A DNA stretch of 64,000 bases from Blepharisma stoltei ATCC 30299 (Eukaryota > Protista > Ciliophora), in assembly GCA_965603825.1 (NCBI GenBank), contig CBFDEM010000004.1:310001-374000 (forward strand). The letters are read 5' to 3'. The position numbers and the translations under genes were made by a program. This document shows positions 47,361-60,100 of this stretch, in pieces. The notes beneath the pieces were generated by a model. It saw nothing but the letters and a program-made list of their open reading frames with translations, was not told the DNA's origin and did not search any database. Position 1 is the first letter of the stretch. Every line of letters begins with the position of its first letter.

Positions 47361-47649
47361 AGAAATTTATTTTGAAATTAGAATTAAATTATAATTTATC
47401 ATCAATAGATGCTTAAACTTTAGCTATTGCTCTTTAAAAATTGGCAGGCAAATAATCCATTGCTTGCTATTTTAAATATTCTATTATCAGATCTATAAGA
47501 TGGAATATGTTCAAGAGGAATCTAAAAAGATGAAACCTTCACAGGTACCCCACCCCATAGTAGTAGTCAGATATATTTGATTTGAGTAATATTGAAATAA
47601 GAGATATAAGTGATTTTAATTAATTAGCGGTTGTGCCATAATAATTAAT

Positions 47650-48390
47650 ATGAATATCGATAGGCCTGAAGCTTTGGAACGTGACGAGCTCATTTACCTT
47701 GCTCGTCTAGCTGAGCAATCAGAACGTTATGAAGAAATGGTAGCCTATGTCAAAGCTTTTGTTAAGAAGTCTAGTCAAGATCTCTCAGTTGAAGAGCGTA
47801 ACATCCTTTCAGTCGCATATAAAAATGTGGTTGGCGCCCGCCGAACATCATGGAGAGTTCTTAACTCGATTGAGCAAAAAGAAGAAAGAAGAGGCAACTC
47901 TGCCCACAAAACTTCAGCTGGCCAGTACAAATCTGATGTAGAGTCTGAGCTGAGAAGGCACTGTGACGACGTTTTGAATGTGATTGACACTGATTTAATT
48001 CCCAAAGTCGGCAATTCTGAATCAAGAGTCTTTTACCTCAAAATGAAAGGTGACTACTACCGCTACATGGCAGAGCTTGAACAAGCTGCAGCTCAAAGTC
48101 AAACTGCTATAAGGGCTGGTGAAAGCTATCAGGCAGCTTTGGATATTGCGAAAAATGAACTCCCACCTACACATCCTACAAGACTTGGACTTGCTTTGAA
48201 TTTCTCAGTCTTCAACTATGAAATCAAGAAAGAAAACGACAAAGCTTGTGAAATGGCCAAAGCAGCATTCGATGAAGCTATACCAGAGCTGGATAATATT
48301 TCAGAAGAAAGTTATAAGGACTCAACCTTGATTTTGCAGCTTCTTAGAGATAATATCACCTTATGGACATCTGGTGAGCAAGAAAACTAA
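47650..48390 (+). CDS. 14-3-3 protein
   Basis: LAEQSERYEEM, ERNILSVAYKNVVGARR, KMKGDYYRY, RLGLALNFSVF, LQLLRDNITLW. Confidence 0.98.
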   Translation: MNIDRPEALERDELIYLARLAEQSERYEEMVAYVKAFVKKSSQDLSVEERNILSVAYKNVVGARRTSWRVLNSIEQKEERRGNSAHKTSAGQYKSDVESELRRHCDDVLNVIDTDLIPKVGNSESRVFYLKMKGDYYRYMAELEQAAAQSQTAIRAGESYQAALDIAKNELPPTHPTRLGLALNFSVFNYEIKKENDKACEMAKAAFDEAIPELDNISEESYKDSTLILQLLRDNITLWTSGEQEN

Positions 48391-48911
48391 CATAACTAGC
48401 TTTTAAAGAATTTCTTTTTATTTTATAAGAAATTAAATTAATCACTATTACATTTATTATATCTAGAGTATATTTCTATAAAATACAACAATGAAATCTT
48501 AATAAATTTTGATATCTTTTAAATTTAAATCCCTTTAGCACCACAGTAAGTGCTAATTTATATCTCAAGCTTATAAACTAATATCAATCTTAAAACTTCT
48601 GCAATTTTTTTATTTTGGTCAGTCCTATATTTTATTTATATTTTATGAATAGATTTCATAATCTCCATGCTTAAAAACATAATTTCGGATCGGCAATGCT
48701 TGATTTAGCTAACTAGTAAATTTTGTACTCTTCAATGTTTATATTACTTGCACTTTCAATGGATTCTGGCAATGAAAAAATGGTTAGCATATTCGTTTTA
48801 TCTTCTTCAACTAGATTATATATTTTAAAAAACCAACTTAGCTTCCTCTCTTCCCTTTCAAACCATCATAATATATTACTGACTTTATTCTATTTTTTTA
48901 TAAAAATTTAT

Positions 48912-49700
48912 ATGGGAGCTTGCTTTGGAAACGCCTCAAAAAATTCCAAGCCTCACAAGCCTGATACACCTCGCCCAGTCTCCAACACAACCCCTTCCAC
49001 AGCTGTAAAAGATATTAAAATCTCTTCCAAAGTTCAAGAGCCAGACAAAGTCTTGAAAGTTTCCTGTAAAAGTCCACGTTTTGAACTGTCTTTGAGGTAT
49101 CGACATGAAGTGCCGATATATGATCTAAAAGACCAAATTTCAAAGCTAAGACCCGATATTGATATTTCCGAATATTCTATACACAAAGGACAATTAGAAG
49201 TATTGGATCCTACAGCCACTTTAAAACAGCTTGGGATTGTCCCTGACGATAAACTTCGGCTTAAAAGGGTAAAAGCAATAGATATCCCAGTAGTTGAGAA
49301 GGAAATCATTGGAGCTCACAACTCAAATGCATCTATTAAATCAAGTAATGGCAAAAGTCATGCGAATGAAAATGAATCGAGTAGTAAAGAAGAAAGAAAA
49401 TCAGCGAAGGAGCTGTGGAGAACTGCAATGCCATCTCCACAAGCAAAGCAGCTGATTAAATTTAACCCTTTTGATGTAAGTTCAACCACCAATAACACTC
49501 ATGATCAGTCTTTAAAAGAAAGACATTTCCCACAAGCTCAGGCTGGATTTCAGGTCAAACACATTGGAAGCGTCGTTGAATCTGATGAAAGCAACCTTGG
49601 AGAGAAAAAAGGTGTTGAGTCAGGCAGAACTAATAGAAGACGGCCTACAGATCTCTTTAAAGATCTCCAAGGACCGTTTTCATTAATTCGGGATATGTAA
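48912..49700 (+). CDS. Acylated (MGACFG) protein with ubiquitin-like domain
   Basis: IYDLKDQI..G....LD...TLKQLGI...DKLRL is a Ubl pattern; the real start is probably ATG 48912. Confidence 0.7.
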   Translation: MGACFGNASKNSKPHKPDTPRPVSNTTPSTAVKDIKISSKVQEPDKVLKVSCKSPRFELSLRYRHEVPIYDLKDQISKLRPDIDISEYSIHKGQLEVLDPTATLKQLGIVPDDKLRLKRVKAIDIPVVEKEIIGAHNSNASIKSSNGKSHANENESSSKEERKSAKELWRTAMPSPQAKQLIKFNPFDVSSTTNNTHDQSLKERHFPQAQAGFQVKHIGSVVESDESNLGEKKGVESGRTNRRRPTDLFKDLQGPFSLIRDM

Positions 49701-49903
49701 ATCTTACATCAATAAGGTAATAGATATGCATTAAGCATAATAATTATATTCTAATTTTGGAATAAATCAATTTAAATAAAAAGAAAGGTTTTGATGCTTA
49801 TCTAGCAATTTTTAGATTTATAAACAGATAATTTAAATCGGTGAATAATATTTGGGCAGGAATTGGCATTTAGTATTATAGAAAATATAACTAGTATAAA
49901 ATG

Positions 49904-50068
49904 TGGAGATAAGTGATCCTTCTGACGACGGAATCCTGATGCATATCAGGCATTGTTTTTAGCTGTGATTGTAGAGCAGCTATACTTGGTAACGAGGGAG
50001 GTAATTTAGACACAAAAACTCAGTCTCCAATTAGAAAGGGACCTCCGTGTAGTACCGCGAAATATCCA
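49904..50068 (+). ncRNA. Candidate structured non-coding RNA of unknown family
   Basis: GC-elevated island in an AT-rich convergent spacer; terminal helix plus four hairpins (see findings). Confidence 0.45.
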
Positions 50069-50156
50069 GTTAAATAAAGTGAGATTAAATATAAATTATT
50101 GGTATTATAATGCATATAAAAGTAAACGTATAGCCAATAAAGCCATTAATTTAAAA

Positions 50157-51350
50157 TTAATCTTCTTCTAAAGGCAACGGCACTCCCATATATTGAAACC
50201 CTTCCTTAAGCTTATTGATGCATTCATACATATCATCAGCATAAAGTTCTCCAATATTCCCTAATCTAAATGAAGGTGCTTTACTGAGTTTTCCAGGATA
50301 AATAACAATGTTTCTTTCAGCCAAATAGTCATATAAAACTTTGAAATTGAACTTAGGATGTGAAGGCTGCATAAAGGTTGTGATGCAAACCCCTTGATTC
50401 TCTGGTTCCACATATAGCTTAAATCCAAGCTTTCTCATTTCTTCACTTAAGATTCTTTGGTTATTTCTATATCTTTCACCTCTGGCCTTAACTCCTCCTT
50501 CAGCTTCGTGTTCTACCAAGGCTTGATGGAATGCTGCCATAACATGAGTTGGAGGTGTAAATCTGAATTGTCCTGGGTTGCCTAATTGATAGTCCCATTG
50601 CTCATAGAGATCTAGACCTAATGATCTTGAATTTCCTTGGCATTGCATTAAATTGCTAAGTTTAGCAATTACAAAGGCGAAGCCTGGAATTCCTTGTATC
50701 ATCTTGTTAGAAGAACTGATAAGATAGTTGACATGAGCTTCATATAAATCAAGGTGAACAGCTCCAAAGCTACTCATACCATCAACAATGTATATCAAAT
50801 TAGGGTTGTGCTCATGAACGACCTTTCCTATTTCCAAGCAAGGGTTGAGAATTCCAGTGGTAGTTTCTGAATGAACAGCTGATACATGTGAAATTTGATG
50901 ATGCTCTATGAGTTGTCTTTTAACGTCATTTGGATTAACTATTTCAGAGTCTGCGTACCTAAGAACAATATGTGGGATCCCCAACACCTCACAAATTTTA
51001 ACTTGCCTTTCACCATATGCACCATTGGCAATGATGAGCATTCGTTTTGATTTGTCACCTGGATCAAGACGTGGGAAGCAGGTTCCCAAGCATGCTTCAA
51101 CAGCAAAAGTACCGCTTCCTTGCACTAGAACGGCTGCATAGTCTTTAGGCTTAGCGTCAGCAGTTTTCAGGAGTCTGACCTTAATATCTTCCACAATTTT
51201 GCCAAAGTCAGGATCGCGTGAACCAAAGTCATACATCATGGCTTCTTTCACTGTAGTGGTGGTATTTAGTGGTCCTGGAGTGAAAAGCTTTACTTGTGGT
51301 TTGTGAGTGACACCAAATAATCGGTAAAGATTAGCCGCTCTTCTGAACAT
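50157..51350 (-). CDS. phnW: 2-aminoethylphosphonate-pyruvate transaminase with mitochondrial-type presequence
   Basis: LFTPGPL.T...VKEAM..D.GSRD, QGSGTFAVE, NGAYGER, VHSETTTGILNP, VDGMSSFGA, SSNKMIQGIPG (PLP Lys), FRFTPPTH, IYPGK. Confidence 0.95.
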   Translation of the reverse strand: MFRRAANLYRLFGVTHKPQVKLFTPGPLNTTTTVKEAMMYDFGSRDPDFGKIVEDIKVRLLKTADAKPKDYAAVLVQGSGTFAVEACLGTCFPRLDPGDKSKRMLIIANGAYGERQVKICEVLGIPHIVLRYADSEIVNPNDVKRQLIEHHQISHVSAVHSETTTGILNPCLEIGKVVHEHNPNLIYIVDGMSSFGAVHLDLYEAHVNYLISSSNKMIQGIPGFAFVIAKLSNLMQCQGNSRSLGLDLYEQWDYQLGNPGQFRFTPPTHVMAAFHQALVEHEAEGGVKARGERYRNNQRILSEEMRKLGFKLYVEPENQGVCITTFMQPSHPKFNFKVLYDYLAERNIVIYPGKLSKAPSFRLGNIGELYADDMYECINKLKEGFQYMGVPLPLEED

Positions 51351-51565
51351 TTTTTATAATAACTATTGTTTTACTTTTCATACTGAGCCTAAACTTTTAA
51401 AAAATTAGATTGAGAGAATCACAAGCCTTCAATTGTGAAGTATTAAGATAAAATATTTTATTAACTTTGATAATAAAGAGAAGAAAGATTGCAACATTTA
51501 TTCACCAAATCCTTAAATGCATTTCCAGTCAGAATTATAAAAATTTAGCGAAATTAATTATAAGA

Positions 51566-51976
51566 ATGGATAATCTAGATTTCGATAAGCAAGCAGATGA
51601 ACTTGTAGAGAAAGCTATGCAATATCCAGGACTTCAGATAATACGATGTTACCCATTCCTTAAATTATACCTTTTTTCAGAGAATAATATTGAGTGAGAA
51701 ATTGTTATTTACTATCATATTGGATATAGAGTTCCTGTTATGTATTTTAGATGCCGAAACCTAATTCTAGCATTTTATGAAGTAATGGATCAAATAAAAC
51801 AGTTCAAAGAATTTATTACTCCTGAAGAGCTTCCTACCACAGGGCAGCCTTTTTATGTTCTTCATCCTTGCAGGTCTAAAGAACTGCTTGATATTTCAGG
51901 AAGCCTTTTATCTTGATTAAGCATTACTTTACAAGCAATTGGTGTCTCTCTCCCACTTAGCATATATATTCAATAA
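51566..51976 (+). CDS. ATG10: Autophagy E2-like enzyme Atg10 (136 aa); only a fragment appears in the ORF track
   Basis: With TGA=Trp: YHIGYRVPVMYF, ITPEELPTTGQPFYVLHPC (catalytic HPC) and LLS-W-LSI..IGVSLPL. Confidence 0.88.
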
Positions 51977-52309
51977 ATTTTTAATCAATCTATTTATATT
52001 GTTTCCTAAATTAACAGTTTTAGTTTATATGAAAATATTTAGTAAAGAGGACTTAATTAGAATTTGAATTATAAGTGTCGGAAATTGATTAAATATCTAT
52101 ATTATAAATTTATTTGGTAAAAAATCTGTTAAATTTCCAGTAATTATTATAATTATTGTAAGAATTATATGAATTCCAAAGGCTTTTACTATATATTGCT
52201 AGTTCCAAAAATGATTATTTATTTTATCCATAGTGATCTTCCAATTTTGCTATAAATTTAATTTATCAGATCTCGACTTATAGCAAAAAAATTATTAGTA
52301 AAATTTGAT

Positions 52310-54169
52310 ATGGATTTACGTGAATATTCTGAGCAAACAGAAGAGCAACTAAAAGTAGTAGAAAGTGAGTGTCTTCAAGATATGGCTACTTGTCAGGAAG
52401 AATTAGCAGAGCTTTATATGACAGTGAGAGATTCAAATAAAATTATCAAAAATATCGAATCCCATCTAGTTCAATTCCAGTCAGATCTGAAAAATGTTGG
52501 CTTGGAAATTAAAACGCTTCAAGATCAATCACTTTCAATGAATGTTTCGCTCTCAAATAGAAGACATTTAGAAGACAAGCTAGGAAACTTTTTGAAACAA
52601 ATTACACTTACGCCTGATTTAATTCATAATATTTGCAAGCGGGATGTAGATGAAGGATTTTTAGTATATATAAATCAACTGAGAGAGAAGATGAGGTTTT
52701 TTAGGACTCAAGGCAATATTATTATTGAAGGCAATGAAGTTGCAGCTGTATCAATGCAAGAGGTTTGACCTTACCTAAAGCGACTCAATATGAAAGCAGC
52801 ATACAAAGTCCGACAATTCTTAATAAATCACATTCAGTCATTATTAAAGCCAAAAACAAATGTCCAGCTAATGCAAGAAACTGTATTGATCCGCTACAAA
52901 GACATGCTCCTATATTTACGAGAAAATTCCCAAGAAACCTTTGTAGAGATCTGCATGAACTATACAGAGATAATGAGTCAAATCTATTTGGACCACTTCA
53001 AAGTGTACATGTCAAGCATTAAAAAGCTTATAAGAGACGACTGTGATAAGCGTGATGTTGTAACATGGCAAGGTATGGGAACTGATATAAGCTATGTTCA
53101 AGGCTTTGATCTAAAAGACAGACACCAGCTTCTAGACCAAATTGAAACACTTGATCCTATAATCTGCCATGTAGCCAGAAAAACTCATCAAAAATTTTTT
53201 ATAGAAAGAGTGTTTCAAAGTATTAGTAGACTTCTGGTAGACACTTGCACTTTTTGCTTCTTATTTGTCCTAGAATTTTTTTATGTCAGATTTGATCAAT
53301 ACGAGCCTGTTTTCGGAGAAATTTTTTCAAAAACTCAGCAGCATTTGATTGATAATTTAGCTACAATTTTTGGGACGACTTATGATACTCTTGCCTTGCT
53401 TTTGGTTTTGAAGATAAATACTGTATTTCAGCAAACTATGGAAAAGCGTGGAATGCTTTTTATGAATCCTTATTTTGAGAAAGTCAGAATCATAACGTGG
53501 CCAAGACTTCAAGTTCTATTAGATAATAATTTGAGAGAAATGGATACAGCGAATTATCTCCATACATCAGATATCGCTTATCATCCAGTTACAAGCAGAT
53601 TTGCACAATTTATTACGTCTTTGCATAAAATATCGCCAGAAGACAGTATGTTTATCCACAGGCTAAGTTTATTCAGACAATCATTCATTGGATTATTGAA
53701 AAAAATAGCTAAAGATATAAGAGATGAAAAAAATAGAGCTGTTTTCATAATAAATAATCTGGATTATTTGATGGAAGAATTTCATGAACAGAAAGTTACT
53801 ATATCACAAGAATTTGGACAATTAGAAGCAGACCTAACTGCTATGACGGAAAATTTCATAGATATGCAAATCAAAGAACTCTTTCCAGCTTTCGTAAAGC
53901 TCCTGGAAACTCCTAATCCATCTTCTGGCGATATCGATCTCTTTTTGCACGATTTTAATGTGAATTGAAAGAAAGGTCTTCAAATCATAGAAGAAGCAGT
54001 CAAAAATCTGTTTTCAGGAGTAGAAACACAAAAAGATATCTTAAAGAGAACTTATACAAAATTTTTAATGAAATACACTGACTTTGTTGAGCTCGTAAAG
54101 AAAAACCATCCTCACCTGACAAAATCATTAGTTTCACTACAAGTAATTATGGCAGAAATCCAGCATTAA
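52310..54169 (+). CDS. VPS52: GARP complex subunit Vps52
   Basis: MDLREYS..VE..C, FQSDL....EI..LQ.QS..M...L.NR, WPRLQ, FIINN.D; two TGA=Trp; TAA 54169. Confidence 0.92.
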
Positions 54170-54199
54170 TTATAAAAATAATTGGATTAAAACAAATTA

Positions 54200-57100
54200 T
54201 TAAAACTCTAAATCATCAGTAAGTTTTGCCCTCACAAAGTAAGCATCCAGTGATCGATTAACTGGCTGATGAGTGACAACTTTATTGAAGACATAGTCAA
54301 ATCTTCCTGGGCAATGGACTTCTAAAAGTGCCTTCGTGACTTCACTCACATTTATTTTCCCAGCTTGGCCATTGCTTTCCATTTTATTAGCAATATCAAC
54401 ATCTGGACCATAAATATCATATCTTACAATATTTGTCCCAGTAATTCCTGCAGTTACCTCGCCTGTGTGAAGTCCTATTCTCATATTTAAGCTCATATTT
54501 TTGTCTCTATTAATTCTTTTGATGCATTTTATCATATCCAGTGCCATATTTATCATATTAGTGACTTCTCTAGCTATATTTCTCGTATAGCCATCCTCTC
54601 CACTGTCACTAAAGCTGAGGACAACATAGCAATCGCCTATTGTATGAACCTTATATACGTTATTTTTCATGCATAAGTGATCAAAATTGGAAAAAAGCTT
54701 AGAAAGCATACTAACAACTTCGATTGGCTTCTTATTTGAAGAATAAGCAGTAAACCCGACAATATCGGCATAAATCATAGTAACGTCTGCATACTTATCT
54801 GTTGTTGTTACATTATTATGCAGATTTTTCACAACTGATGGAGGCATCATCTGGCTTAGAAGTTTCTCGGTGTTTTGAATATCTCTTTGAGCCATTCTGC
54901 TAAGGTTATAATTTTTCCTATCATTATATTCTCTCATATAGCTTGCTGCTGCATTAATAAAAGTAAAAATAAATATAAAGAAAGTGGCCTCAATAGATTT
55001 CGAATAATCATCCGGATCCAAAATAACAGCTGTTATTCAGTGGATAAAATCGCAAAATGAAGCTATCAAAATATGCCCAAAAGGCAGTCCAGATATGTGG
55101 TTAATAACTACATTTGTATACATTTCTTCTAAAACAATGATATAAAAAAAATCAGACCTAATTCTTGAGATGGAAAGAACACTAACATAGCTACATGAAA
55201 TGTAAATAACCATTACAGCCCAAGGGAACATTTGGTTTTGGTAGACATTCTTCAAAACTATTGCTAAGCCGATCATTGCAGCTAAGCATGCAGCTCTTAG
55301 ACCAATTTGCACCCCATTCCCAAAATTGCTAGTTAGCTCAAATCCTACAATGAAATTTGCCAAAATAATTGCATAAATAATAATTGTCATCCATAAACCC
55401 CATCTCATTGTAGCCATTTCTTTTTTCAATGTCGTAATTCTATACTCATGCTGCATTGCCATTTCTTTAAAGCTGCAAGTGAGCCATTGCACAGGTCCTG
55501 CCAATCCAGCATAGTCTTCATCGCTGTCAAAGCTTTCATATTGAAGTTTATCAATATCGAACACTGTACTTGTCTCTTTTACAGCATAGCTTTCTCCTTC
55601 AGATGGAAGCAAAGGAAGAACAGAGACGTTTAAACTGTTCTTTTCAGGAAGAGGCTCCTGCTGCTGTTGTTGCTGCTCTATAGGCTGAAATTGGGTAGGG
55701 CCCATTTCTTCAAAAGTAGTGACCCTTCGATTTTTCTTTTTGGCTTCTTGGACTTTTAGTACATATGTGTCAAGCCAACCTTTGCCTTTTGCTTCGACTT
55801 TGCTTGGCTTAAAATTATATGGTTGGCTCTTTACAAATTCGTATGTGGCTGAAGAGATTTGGATCTGGCACGGTTCTTTTAAAGTTGAGCACATTCTGCT
55901 GGCCGTGTTAATTGTATCACCGATTAAAGAAAACTGAGGTTTATGATCGCCAACAACGCCAGCGATGATCGGGCCACTATTAATACCCATCTTTACTTGA
56001 AACTTGTCACCGTTCTTTAAGTAGACTGGCTCTATTTTTTTAAGGATATTCATTGCCAGTTCCAAAACTCTTTGAGCATGATTTTTATCCAATAACTCAG
56101 GCGATAGGTTTTCCTCACTATCTTTCAGCCCCCCGCAAACAAGATAAGTTTTATTGACTGTTTCTATTTTCGTTACTCCATGCTTATCACATAGCCCATC
56201 CAAAATTGCAAAGAATTTGTCCAATAAATCAATAAGCTCGTTTGGTGTATGTGTGACACATATTTTATCAAAATCATAAATATCACAAAATAATAATGTG
56301 ACAATTCCTTGGTCTTCTGCAATGTATCTAACTCCTTGCTTAACTCTGTCCTTAACAAATCTCGGAAGTAAATTTCCTAATATTTCTTGGCCTTTTTGGA
56401 ATTGATGTTCAAGCTTTTTACGGAGAATATAACTGGTCCTTCTGGATTTTTCTAAGGCATAGCCTACAAAAGCACTTATAACAGTGATGCCTGATAAAAG
56501 AACAATATAGTTCATAGCAATTATTTCCATGCTAACTGCGTCTAAGTCAGTAGCATAGTGGACAAGCACTCTAATAAGGTAAATCATCAAAAATAGAATA
56601 TTGATTAAAAATACTTTATAAGTACTGACACTAAATAACACAAATGTCAAGATTGGCACCAGAGCTGTTGTCATTGATCCATCATTTTGATTTATTATTT
56701 CAAGGCTTACTTTTATAACGAGCCCAACAACTAGAACTGCCAGCACAACTGGTTCATAATATCTAACAAATAATCTTGTATGAACAAATATAATAAATCC
56801 AAAAAACACTATCACAACGCCAATTCTTATTGCAATCATGCTATTTGTTGATCCTTGGACAATATCAGATATTGTTCATATTAAGTTCAATATAAATAAT
56901 ATAATAAATATTTTCCTTATAAACTTCATAATTTTTTCAGTTGTAAATTTGTTGAAGCTTTTTTCCATATAAAGGTTATAAAACTGCAACGTCAGTGTTT
57001 TCAACGAATAATCATTTTTTGGCGCTTCTTCTTCCTTATCATTTTTCAATTTGATTCCTTTGGGATTAAAGACATCAGAGAGCTTAGATTTATACTTTGA

Positions 57101-60100
57101 AGCTCTTGATATAATTAAATGCTTAGTTTCTTCTTCTTGCTGTTCATATATCATTTCAGGGTGAACTTTACCTGTTTTTCGTGACCGAATATGATCGATC
57201 TCTGAAGGAAACCATAGTGCGTAAATGAAATCTTTTACCAAAATAACTATAAAGCAGAAAGGTGGAATTAAAGTCCAACTCAAAAAGCAGGGAAGCTCAG
57301 AAAACAGTCTGAAGGTGACTCCAGTTAATTCAGATGTGGGAAACATTGCATAGTCATAAAAAAAGATAAATGGGAAGAAAGCAAGAGCACTTAAGAATAG
57401 CACAATGATGAATAGGAAGGTCCAATTATTTGTTTTGATCATAATCATGAATGAGACTGTTAGAACTATTGAATAGAAATAGACTGTTCCCATCAAGTTG
57501 TAGGATTCAGCATCACCATCACCTGATATGAGATTGAATGAGTTCATGGTTATGAGAAAGTATATAATAATGCTCTGAAATATCGCCTTGAATGTCCATT
57601 TAATAAAAATTTTTGCATTGAATCGCCTTGAATAGATCCCATCCTGATAGAGAGCTGGATTAATTAGCATATCATCAGCTTCTAAATCTCGATCAATTGA
57701 GCCTACAATTACTATCGGCAAAGAAGTTAAGGCAACATTAAACGAGAGAAGCAAATATGAGTCATAAAGAGCTGTTCCTGAGTACATATTCATAAAGCTG
57801 AAATAAAACATTGGCAGAACTAGTATAAAGTTTTTGTAAAAAGAGTAAAGGATAACCATAGTAATTCTCATGTAGTTCCATCTTCCATGCAAAAACAGCA
57901 AAGGTATCAAATATTTAAACCTCGCAATTGCATAGTCGCTCGAATTCACTGCCTGTAGCCCTTCTTTCCCACATATACCAATCCCTACGTGGGCTTCTTG
58001 TATCATAGATACGTCATTTGCTCCATCTCCAATAGCAAGTGTGATTGGCTGGAACTGAAAATTGCATTTGACAAGTTTAACGACCTCTGACTTTTGTAAT
58101 GGAGAAACTCTGCAGCAAATGACAGCATGGCATAAGCATGACAGCATAGCAAAATGTTCCATGGCCTGCATATCAGAAAAAACATATAAAAGGGTTTCTC
58201 CATCAATAACAAGTCCGAGATTCAAGCTTTCTATATCGATTTCTTTTTCAAACTCATCTTCTTGCACCCTCATAAAATGGGCTGGGTTAGACTCATTTTC
58301 TTTGTAAACACTTTTCATTAGAGCTTTTTTTAATTGAGACTTTGTGGACTCAAGGGAGTGGGCATTGATAATAATGACTTCCATCTCCTTTTTAAGCATT
58401 TTGCAAGAATAGCCGATATTTATAGCTGTCTCTTGCTTATCTCCAGTCAGCACCCACACCTTGACACCCCCTTCCATTAAATCAGCAATTGTTTCGGGGA
58501 CTCCTTCTTGAATTTTGTCTTCTATCGCAGTGGCTCCAATGATATCCATGTTTACTTCAATTTCTGCAGCAACTTCATCAAGTCTTTTTTGTCTGTCAGC
58601 CATAGCATTTTTTGCCGCATGCCATTTTCTTTCGAAATCTTGGGACTCTGCCCTTGTCAGCTCTCTTTTTGCAAGCACAAGGGTTCTCAACCCTTGCACT
58701 GAATAATCATATAATTGCTTATTTAATTCATTTTTTTCAGCTTCTGAAGCGTTTGCTCTCTCCAAAATCACATTATCAGCACCTTTACAATACAAGATAG
58801 GCGGCCTTGATGGCTCTGTCAATGATTCAATGATGACTGACATTCTTTTTCTATTGGAATTAAACTCATTAACTCCAACTACTTTATATTCATGCACTTC
58901 GTTGTGTATTTTTACCGCAAGATATCCAGGCTTGGACTTGAAAAAAGAATACCCCAACGCGTGTGCTGCAATAACTAAGGCTTCTTCATCAGGAGATGCA
59001 GCTTGATATATAAGTTCTCCGTCTTTTCCTTTATCAGGAATTACAGTATGGCAGGTGGATAACAGCTCAAGAAACTCGCTGATTTCTTTGCTTCGAGAAC
59101 CTTTTAAGTCTTCAAGAAGGGTGGAGTCATAGAACTTGAACTGTGGGTGAGGGTTGATAGAAATATCTTCTCTATCAGTGTTGCTTTGCTCCATTGATCC
59201 GTAAATTTTGCCTTTAATTGAGCACATTTTAAACTCCATCTGGTTCTCTGTTAAAGTTCCTGTTTTGTCTGAAAAAATGTACTCGATTTGCCCGAGATCT
59301 TCGTTAAGGTCGCCTGTTTTGGCTATTGCGGGACGATCGATAGGCTCATAATACATCCTTAAATCCCACTGGATGAACTTGGCTTGGATGACTCTTACAA
59401 CATCCATAGTAACATATAGGGAAATTGGGACTAAACTGTTATAGAGGATTAAAAAGGTGATGAAATTGAGGTAAGCAGCTGATGTGTCATCTTTGCCTGT
59501 AAAGAATTCGGTTCTGTCAGGATATTCAAAAATGTATGCAGCTGAAATGCTTGCTGAGAGCATAGAAATAACAAGTAAAATCGTAAATACAATGGTTAGG
59601 TATCTATTTACTCTTCTCTCTACATTACTTCTTTTATGTGGAGGCATTTTGGAATTCATCATTAATTTGGTATCAATCCCTGTAAAAACAGCGCACCCTA
59701 ACACCCACTTGCTATTTTTAACTGTACTTCCTCTCAAAAGAATATGTCCATTGTCAATTGGCACAGCTTTTGGGTGTCCTTTTAAAATCAAGCTTCCTTC
59801 AAATGAATATAAGCGATTATTCGGATGCTCGCTTTTTAGCTTCGCATTATCAAGTTTATATATCATTTTCATGGCCGATTCTAATTCTCCTTCAAATATC
59901 GCAGAAGTTTCAGGCAAGGAATTTCTGATTTTTAAATTCGTTTCTCCATCCAAATTTGAAGTTTCAATATAGCAAATATGTTCCTCATGACTTGTTGCAA
60001 AAATAACTATATCAGCTGGGACTGGCGAGTCGCTTTCAAGCAAGACCAAATTCCCGACTTCAAGTTGCATCCACTTGACTGGCTCGAAGGCTTCTTTTTC

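Noticed and set aside
49904-50068. Telomerase RNA, canonical hammerhead ribozyme, U2 snRNA or TPP riboswitch
   Set aside because: No telomere-template permutation on either strand; hammerhead stems I and II do not close properly; only 8 nt match U2; TPP consensus elements are missing.
49891-50115. 74-codon minus-strand ORF (MHYNTNNLY.., one TGA)
   Set aside because: Starts in AT-rich 3' flank of phnW and has no recognisable motif; not excluded, but less persuasive than the RNA structure.
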